From positions 3,454 to 67,453 of the forward strand of contig CAWHLR010000028.1 of NCBI GenBank assembly GCA_963830235.1: a stretch of DNA of 64,000 nucleotides, read 5' to 3'. Positions 10,901-17,415 of this stretch are shown in pieces. Under the pieces are notes generated by a model. The model was not told the origin of the DNA. It did no database searches and was given only the letters and a program-made list of their open reading frames with translations. Position numbers and translations under genes: made by a program. Within the stretch, counting starts at the first letter, position 1. Every line of letters starts with the position of its first letter. This DNA is from an uncultured Verrucomicrobiae bacterium. Its GTDB lineage: Bacteria; Verrucomicrobiota; Verrucomicrobiia; Limisphaerales; UBA11358.

Positions 10901-11039
10901 ATGTAAAACTGGCAAGACTTGGGAAAATCGACCGTGCAAATTCATACTTACATGTCAAAAACATATTATATTAAGAAATGATTGGGCTATTACATATGAT
11001 GGTTGCACTTCGTTGCGAGGAAAGCAATGTCCAAACTAA
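4965..11039 (+). CDS. Rhs / YD-repeat polymorphic toxin protein with Sec signal peptide, Cys-rich N-terminal domain, poly-Gly linker, Rhs shell and a short unusual C-terminal module
   Basis: ATG at 4965 gives [33 protein letters not shown]. There are dozens of YD repeats ([43 protein letters not shown]...). The Rhs core end reads YDGWNLIA...FGEVIRS...[37 protein letters not shown]...[19 protein letters not shown]. Confidence 0.9.
   Translation: [2024 protein letters not shown]
6147..6212 (+). repeat. (GGT/GGC)n simple-sequence tract encoding G12-C-G-S-C-G6 inside the Rhs gene
   Basis: ggtggcggtggtggcggtggtggcggtggtggcggatgtggtagttgcggtggtggcggcggtggt read directly. Confidence 0.9.
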
Positions 11040-11389
11040 AAATGTTTCGTATGAAAGATACAGTTAAAATGATACTTCCTCACATTTTTGTAACCATCTT
11101 AATTGTCGGAGCATTTGTTTGCATTGTTATATGTGTGTGTTCTTTTCAGGAGGCAAACAATCCTGGAAGTGACAAGTATTGGATACAGCGCTGTAAATCC
11201 AATTTATCTATTGAAAGAAGCAGAGCTATATGCGTTCTATCTGCGCGACGTCCCTATACTCAAGAAGTAAGAGATGTTCTGCATAATGCATTATCTGATT
11301 CAGATGAGCTGGTGCGTCAACAAGCAGTTTTATCATTGGGATATAAGCAGATAATGAAGGGGTCCCCCATTAGGGCGCTTGGTCAATAG
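11027..11389 (+). CDS. Candidate Rhs immunity protein: N-terminal TM helix plus HEAT-like repeat
   Basis: The ATG at 11027 overlaps the Rhs stop by 13 nt (alternative ATGs at 11042 and 11051). TM segment ILPHIFVTILIVGAFVCIVICVCSF. HEAT/PBS-lyase-like AICVLSARRPYTQEVRDVLHNALSDSDELVRQQAVLSLG. Same low-GC composition as the Rhs 3' end. Confidence 0.6.
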   Translation: MSKLKMFRMKDTVKMILPHIFVTILIVGAFVCIVICVCSFQEANNPGSDKYWIQRCKSNLSIERSRAICVLSARRPYTQEVRDVLHNALSDSDELVRQQAVLSLGYKQIMKGSPIRALGQ

Positions 11390-11548
11390 TGAAAAAGCGC
11401 CTCCTTCAAACGTAAGCGTCACGCCAAGCACCACTTGACAGAGTAACGATTCCCGAGTCCGGGTGCGAACCGGAGTGATAGGCAACAAACAAACCGGGGT
11501 GATGGGTTACAGTTCCGAGCATTATGTCTTGGAAAAGTGGATTCATCC

Positions 11549-11607
11549 GGAAATGGTTATTTGCGGACGGTGTGCGATTACGTGCATCTGAATCCCGTTC
11601 GGGCGAA
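11549..11607 (+). pseudogene. 59-bp orphan fragment of a RAYT transposase gene
   Basis: 58/59 identical to 12034-12092 inside the intact RAYT gene (codes GNGYLRTVCDYVHLNPVRA). It is followed directly by the REP copies. Confidence 0.8.
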
Positions 11608-11620
11608 AAGGGGTCAAAAA

Positions 11621-11673
11621 GGGGTCAGTCCTCACTATTGACACAAAAAAGGAGTCAGTCCTCACTATTGACA
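11621..11673 (+). repeat. Two direct copies (30-bp period) of the 23-bp REP-like motif GG(G/A)GTCAGTCCTCACTATTGACA upstream of RAYT
   Basis: Copies at 11621-11643 and 11651-11673 read directly. An inverted copy lies at 12639-12661. Confidence 0.9.
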
Positions 11674-11703
11674 CAAAGGGGGTATTTGGCAATATTCCGC
11701 CCT

Positions 11704-12630
11704 ATGCCACGCAAGCTTCGACTGGAATATGAAGGGGCGATTTATCACGTGATGAATCGCGGCGACCGACGCGAGCCGATTTTCAAGGATGACGCAGACC
11801 GAAAATGTTTCCTGAACACCCTGGCCGAGTGCTGTGGCAAAACGGACTGGCTGGTGCATGCTCTCTGCCTGATGTCCAATCACTTTCACTTGGTGGTGGA
11901 GACGCCCAAGGCCAATCTGGTGGCGGGGATGAAGTGGTTTCTGGGGACCTATACCGGACGATTCAACCGGCGGCACAAGCTGTTTGGCCACTTGTTCAGC
12001 GGACGGTACAAGTCGTTGATTGTGGACGGCAGCGGAAATGGTTATTTGCGGACGGTGTGCGATTACGTCCATCTGAATCCCGTTCGGGCGAAGCTGTTGG
12101 CGACGGGACAACCCCTGCGTTCGTATCGGTGGAGCAGTTATCCGTTGTATTTGGCCCAGCCCGGCAAACGGCCGAGCTGGTTGCGGGTGGATCGGTTGCT
12201 GGGGGAGATGGGAATCCCCAAGGACAGCAAGGCTGGACGGCGGGAATTTGAGCGGCGGATGGCCCAGCGGCAGGAACAGGAGCAACCGGGACAATACAAG
12301 TTATTGCGGCGCGGCTGGTGTTTTGGAGACAAAGGATTTCGGAAGGAATTGCTGGGGCAGATGGCCGAACGCGTTGGGGAGAGCCATTATGGGGTGGAAC
12401 GGCAGGAATCGGGCGAGGAGCAGGCGGAGCGGATCGTGACGGCGGAACTGAAGCATCGGAAATGGGAGGAAGCCGATCTGGTGAAACGGCGCAAGGGCGA
12501 TCCGGAGAAGGTGAAGATGGCATTGCGGCTGAGGCGGGAAAGCATCATGACATTGAAATGGATTGCGCAACGGCTGCACATGGGAAGCTGGACACACGTG
12601 TCGAACTGTCTGGCGGCGAAGAAAAAATGA
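11704..12630 (+). CDS. REP-associated tyrosine transposase (RAYT; IS200/IS605-like Y1 transposase family) with long C-terminal extension
   Basis: MPRKLRLEYEGAIYHVMNRGDRREPIFKDDADRKCFLNTL...LCLMSNHFHLVVETP...FSGRYKSLIVD...YVHLNPVRAKL contains the HUH (HFH) and catalytic Y (GRYKS) motifs. Start chosen at the internal ATG at 11704. Confidence 0.85.
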   Translation: MPRKLRLEYEGAIYHVMNRGDRREPIFKDDADRKCFLNTLAECCGKTDWLVHALCLMSNHFHLVVETPKANLVAGMKWFLGTYTGRFNRRHKLFGHLFSGRYKSLIVDGSGNGYLRTVCDYVHLNPVRAKLLATGQPLRSYRWSSYPLYLAQPGKRPSWLRVDRLLGEMGIPKDSKAGRREFERRMAQRQEQEQPGQYKLLRRGWCFGDKGFRKELLGQMAERVGESHYGVERQESGEEQAERIVTAELKHRKWEEADLVKRRKGDPEKVKMALRLRRESIMTLKWIAQRLHMGSWTHVSNCLAAKKK

Positions 12631-12638
12631 AGGCTGAA

Positions 12639-12661
12639 TGTCAATAGTGAGGACTGACCCC
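12639..12661 (-). repeat. Inverted copy of the RAYT-flanking REP motif
   Basis: tgtcaatagtgaggactgacccc is the exact reverse complement of ggggtcagtcctcactattgaca at 11621-11643. Confidence 0.9.
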
Positions 12662-12855
12662 TATGTTCTTGTATCAAATCACGGCAAACCGTTCAACCAC
12701 TACCAGCAATCGTGACATCGCATCAAAAGCAAGCCCCGACCGGGTAGGTTGATCCGCCGGCCGGGACTGGAATAATGAAGCTGCGGTGGGTTACTGGCAG
12801 GTTAATTGGAAATTCATTTGAGCAGCGGTGCTGCCGCCGCGTGTGCTTTTCGCAT

Positions 12856-13188
<333 letters not shown>

Positions 13189-13237
13189 TCATTCAATCCT
13201 TCAACTGCACTTGCGTTTGGCTGTACAACACCCCTTT

Positions 13238-13253
13238 AGCAACGGCGATGCCA
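13238..13253 (-). promoter_or_regulatory. Candidate sigma-54 promoter of the PII gene
   Basis: The minus strand reads TGGCAT-cgccg-TTGCT (GG/GC spacing correct), about 65 nt upstream of the PII ATG at 13173. Confidence 0.55.
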
Positions 13254-13911
13254 TTTTAGAAGACCACCATGCAAATACCCACAAAGCGCCGGATTTATAA
13301 GGGTTTTTTTTGGGGTATTGATAATTTGGTGTCGTTCAAAAATATCCGGCATCCCTGTTTCCTTTTGACCAGCCGACACGATTTTCGCCAGTTCGCCGGC
13401 AGGTCTTGTCCTGCCAGATTGTTGGCGGGGCGAGGAAGTGGTTGGAGCTGCGTCCATTGGGATTGCGACGCAATAAAGCGACCAGTCAATGACATGAGTG
13501 AATCGAGCGAACAAACCTCTTAATGAGAAACGGCTTTGGTTGGCATATTGGTTGATGGCGCTGGCAATGCTGGTGAATGGACTTCATGCGTTTGATTTGT
13601 ATCGAGAGGCGCACGGGGAAAAATCCACGCGAGAATGGCTAATCGAAGAATGCTCCAAATTTTAACCATGAACTCGCCCAATAACACCAACAATTCAACG
13701 GGACAACACCCGCCGGCACACTTTTTATTGTTTGGTCGCACCATTCAATTCTGCGGAGCGGCGAAATCTGCTGCCGGAATGGAGCGGCAATCCGGGTGGA
13801 GTGCGGCCGTGGCGCAGTCCGGTCGCGTGGAGTTGTCTTGGGACGGCATCCCTTGTTTTGCCGCGGTGAAATCTCCCGTCCGCTTCGCAAAACTTGCGGC
13901 AACCCCCGCGT

Positions 13912-14679
13912 TCAGTGAGGGGAAGGCTTGGCCTTGGGCGCGACTTGCCAGCGCAATTCTTTCATCCGCTTTTGGGCGTCTATGAATTGTTTGGGCGTCA
14001 GCTCTTTTCTCAGAAGATCGCGGCTCGCTGCGGCATCTGAATCCGCCTTGGCCGCCATGCTAATCCACACATACGCCTCGACTTTATCCCTGGGCACGCC
14101 CTGGCCGTTGGCATAACAGCAACCCAGATTTAATTGAGCCTCGGCGTGACCCTGCTCGGCGGCCTTGCGATACCACTTTACCGCCTCAACATAATCCTTC
14201 GCCACGCCGCAGCCATTGTCATAGCACCAACCCAGATTGGACAAAGCCGGGATGTAATTCTGTTCGGCGGCCTTGCGATACCACTTCGCCGCCTCCCCTT
14301 TATCCTTCCTGACGCCCTGGCCATTGGCGTAGCAATAGGCCAGATTGAATTGAGCCGGGGCGTAATTCTGTTCGGCGGCCTTGCGATACCACTTCACCGC
14401 ATGAGAATAATCCTTCTCCACGCCCCGGCCATCATCGTAGCAAAAGCCCAGATTGAATTGAGCCTCGGCATTTCCCTGTTCGGCGTCGGCCTTGTATTCT
14501 AGAAATCTGCCAGGAAGGGCGCCGCCTTTCGGTGCGGCGGCGCGGGTCGCACGCAAGCCGGAACGCAGGCCGGTGATATACTTGGAGATAACGCTTACAA
14601 ATTTTCTCATCAAGTTAAACCCTACGCTTTGGCCATCAAGACCTGCAAGCCAAAATCTTTTTGCCGCCGCTCCATCCAT
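13912..14679 (-). CDS. Sel1-like repeat (SLR/TPR-like) protein
   Basis: Five tandem ~36-aa repeats of the type AEAQFNLGFCYDDGRGVEKDYSHAVKWYRKAAEQ. The start may be the internal ATG at 14610. Confidence 0.8.
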   Translation of the reverse strand: MDGAAAKRFWLAGLDGQSVGFNLMRKFVSVISKYITGLRSGLRATRAAAPKGGALPGRFLEYKADAEQGNAEAQFNLGFCYDDGRGVEKDYSHAVKWYRKAAEQNYAPAQFNLAYCYANGQGVRKDKGEAAKWYRKAAEQNYIPALSNLGWCYDNGCGVAKDYVEAVKWYRKAAEQGHAEAQLNLGCCYANGQGVPRDKVEAYVWISMAAKADSDAAASRDLLRKELTPKQFIDAQKRMKELRWQVAPKAKPSPH

Positions 14680-14750
14680 TGGGCGGCGGGTCCCGGCCCA
14701 GGGTCAACCCATGATCCGCTTTGCACCCGGAGCGCGGGCGAAAACAGGCC

Positions 14751-17345
14751 TCAAGGCTGGGACAGAATTTGCAGGGTCGTGGCCGGGCCGAGATCGGCGG
14801 GCGGCGTCCAAGAACGCAAGGCCCAGACGACTTTTTTGTCCGGCGTCACTTCGATGGCCTGAATGGGCGCGTTGGACGGGTCAACCTTGCCCGACCACTC
14901 GTTGAACCAGTTGTTGATGATGGTATTTCCATTCGGCAGGCGCGTCGCCAGTTGCAGGCTGGACATCTTGTATTCCGGCGCGTCGGCGGACGTCCATTCC
15001 CAGACCGTCTCGCCGGAGCGGTTGACCTCATGCACAAATCCGCGATTGCTGACCACGAGAACATTCCCGTTCTTGAGCGGCGTGGCCGACCAGATGCCCG
15101 GCACATCCAGCGACCAAAGCTCCCTGCCGTTCAAGTCATACTCGGCGGCCTTGCCCAAATCCATGTGCGCCACCAGCAGCGTGCCGGCATCCGTCATCCG
15201 CGCATGGCGGAAATGGCCGTGGGTGCCCTTGGGATTTTTCACGGGCAGGACAAATTCGCGTTCGGTCGCGCCCGTGGTTTTGTTGACAATGACGAACTTC
15301 GCCGGGTCGCCGTTCTGCACAAACCACACGCTGTTCGTGCCGCAAGGTTGCGCGGTGTGGATTTCGGTGTTCGGCGGCGCATCGAAATTCCAGACGACCT
15401 GTTTGTCTGCGTTGACTTCAGTGATGCCAAACTGGTGCGCAAAAAGAATGTTGCCGTTCGGTTCCAGCACGGCGTCGCTGATCTCGCCTTTGCCCGGATG
15501 AACGTAGGACCAAGCCACCCTGCCGTCGCGCACAATGAACATCCGCTCGGTCTTTCCCTCGCCCGCGTAAAAGAAATTGTGTTCGGCCAGGCCTTTGCCG
15601 GGCAAAACCGCCGGGATTGGCGGTGCCGCCGCTGCGCCCGCGGCCGCGCCCATCGGCAGGTAAATCAGCTCGATGCCCCTGCCCTTGGCCGGATCAAGAT
15701 TGCGTGAGTATTGTTTGGTGGCGTCACTGTCCCAGCGTTCATGGACGCCCAGGCTGGTGACGACTTTCCCGTCCTGTTTGTAAACCGTGCCCGACGGCGC
15801 GTGATCCGGTTGCGCCATTTCAAAGAGATAATCGTCGGCGTTGGCGCGGAGCAGAATGCGCGGATGGCCGTTCGTGTCGTTGTTGTTTTTGGTCTGCGCG
15901 AACAGAATATCCAGCCCCACGGAATCCAGCGCCACACCGTCCATCGAGGCCAGCACGCTCGCCGGCCAGTCCGGATTTTCGTAAGGCTCGACGCGATTGT
16001 TGAAGGGCGGATTCGGAAAATGCACCGGGTAAGTGCGCCACTTGCGCCCGCTGTAAAGACCGTCCAGCACATACAAAATCGTTTTCGCGCCGAGATGGGG
16101 CGAGGCCGCCATGTCCACGAGCGGCGAATAGGCGTTTTTGACGGCCTCCTGATCCGGATTGATCATGGAGTGCAATTCCCACGGCGCTTTAATCGAACCG
16201 AAGTGATTCTTGCCGCACATGGAGATGGCGGTTTGGCCGGAGTCGCCATCTTCCATGTTGTTGTAAGGATAGGAATGCGCCTTGAGTAGCGCCAGATTGA
16301 CGAGATAGGTGGCGTCGAAAACCTGTTTGGGAATCAGTTTGGCGTCCTTGTATTTGCCGTTGGAATAAACCACTCCCTCCACCCAATCCGGCGTCTCCAA
16401 GCCATGATAATCACCGTAGCCCGGATTCTTGGGCTGGGTTGCCTTGGGCGGCGAAGCCTGAATGAAGCGGACGTCCTTGAACTCGCTCCACACCTTCGTG
16501 AGGATGTACGGCGGGATGAAGCGGCGAACGTCATACACGATGATGTCCTGCGGCCGCACGTGCGCCTGATGGACAAGCTGGCGGATCATCGCCAGAACCA
16601 TCTGCGGCGAAGCATCGGTGTAATTGTCGGCCTTCACGCCGTCTTCGCTGTTGTTCAAATTGATTTTGACGGCCACGACTTCACCCGGCTGACAGCCGCG
16701 CTGGTCCATCTCACGGGAATTTTTGTTGTAATACTCGAAGATCGCCTGCCAGGCCCGCTCGCCGTTGGTGGCGCTTGTGAGCTTGAGCAGCGTGGCGGAC
16801 AACATGGCGTCCACCCGCGCCTGATCGGTGTTGGCGTCCAGCCACCATTGATCGCTCTTTTGCTTCCAATTGCCCGCCCATTTGGTGGCCTGCGGATCGC
16901 GCGCCCACACCACGCGACCGGGGTTGATGCCTCGCGCAATGCCCACCGGCTCGTTCGGTTTGGCCGGAATGAAATTCCAGTCCGACGGCGGCTTGCCGGC
17001 GTTCTGCGCCGCGCTATTGCCGGTAAACGAGATCAGCGTCCACGCCGCCGCCGCCAGCACTGTCAACAGCCCGCAGCAGGCCGCAAACCGGACGCGGGTG
17101 AGGCGCTTCAAGCCTGACTTGATGGCCACCACGCCACACAGCCAGATGACAAAGCCGGACGCGACGGGAAACGCCGCGCGCTGGCACGGATAGCTTGCAC
17201 GGCTTGGCTTGGGGATGACCCGCACCAGGAACCAAACCAGCGCCGCCGCGCCGGAGCCGACGGCCACCAATCGCAGAATGGAACCGCCGACGCGGTTGCT
17301 CAAAGTTTTTGCCAAATTCAACAAAGTGGATTTCATATATTTCAT
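14751..17345 (-). CDS. Membrane-anchored DUF362-like domain fused to a C-terminal beta-propeller domain
   Basis: N-terminal hydrophobic segments with the motif VIPKPSRASYPCQRAAFP. DUF362-like core (GINPGRVVWARDPQATKW...EVVAVKINLNN...LALLKAHSYPY...CGKNHFGSIK...YSRNLDPAKGRGIELIYL). The C-terminal ~330 aa are paralogous to the ORF at 28048-29148 (shared IEVTPDKKVVWAL(R/K)(S/N)W). Confidence 0.75.
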   Translation of the reverse strand: MKYMKSTLLNLAKTLSNRVGGSILRLVAVGSGAAALVWFLVRVIPKPSRASYPCQRAAFPVASGFVIWLCGVVAIKSGLKRLTRVRFAACCGLLTVLAAAAWTLISFTGNSAAQNAGKPPSDWNFIPAKPNEPVGIARGINPGRVVWARDPQATKWAGNWKQKSDQWWLDANTDQARVDAMLSATLLKLTSATNGERAWQAIFEYYNKNSREMDQRGCQPGEVVAVKINLNNSEDGVKADNYTDASPQMVLAMIRQLVHQAHVRPQDIIVYDVRRFIPPYILTKVWSEFKDVRFIQASPPKATQPKNPGYGDYHGLETPDWVEGVVYSNGKYKDAKLIPKQVFDATYLVNLALLKAHSYPYNNMEDGDSGQTAISMCGKNHFGSIKAPWELHSMINPDQEAVKNAYSPLVDMAASPHLGAKTILYVLDGLYSGRKWRTYPVHFPNPPFNNRVEPYENPDWPASVLASMDGVALDSVGLDILFAQTKNNNDTNGHPRILLRANADDYLFEMAQPDHAPSGTVYKQDGKVVTSLGVHERWDSDATKQYSRNLDPAKGRGIELIYLPMGAAAGAAAAPPIPAVLPGKGLAEHNFFYAGEGKTERMFIVRDGRVAWSYVHPGKGEISDAVLEPNGNILFAHQFGITEVNADKQVVWNFDAPPNTEIHTAQPCGTNSVWFVQNGDPAKFVIVNKTTGATEREFVLPVKNPKGTHGHFRHARMTDAGTLLVAHMDLGKAAEYDLNGRELWSLDVPGIWSATPLKNGNVLVVSNRGFVHEVNRSGETVWEWTSADAPEYKMSSLQLATRLPNGNTIINNWFNEWSGKVDPSNAPIQAIEVTPDKKVVWALRSWTPPADLGPATTLQILSQP

Positions 17346-17415
17346 TTTAAGTTGCCGGCTGACGTGCGGTTATTTTCTCTGCTTCCGCCTCCATCGGCAA
17401 CAAAGAACGCCAGGA

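Noticed and set aside
4965-11039. T6SS-delivered Rhs effector
   Set aside because: No PAAR, VgrG, Hcp or chaperone genes occur in the window, and the protein has a Sec signal peptide. T6SS delivery is therefore not supported here.
11621-11673. Possible CRISPR array (direct repeats with 30-bp period)
   Set aside because: There are only two copies, with a 7-nt 'spacer' and an inverted third copy beyond the RAYT gene. This is REP/RAYT architecture, not CRISPR. No CRISPR array or cas gene was seen anywhere in the window.
13520-13985. Several 70-116-aa ORFs in the 13.2-13.9 kb gap
   Set aside because: No motifs, inconsistent composition and mutually overlapping frames. The region is treated as non-coding or possibly regulatory.
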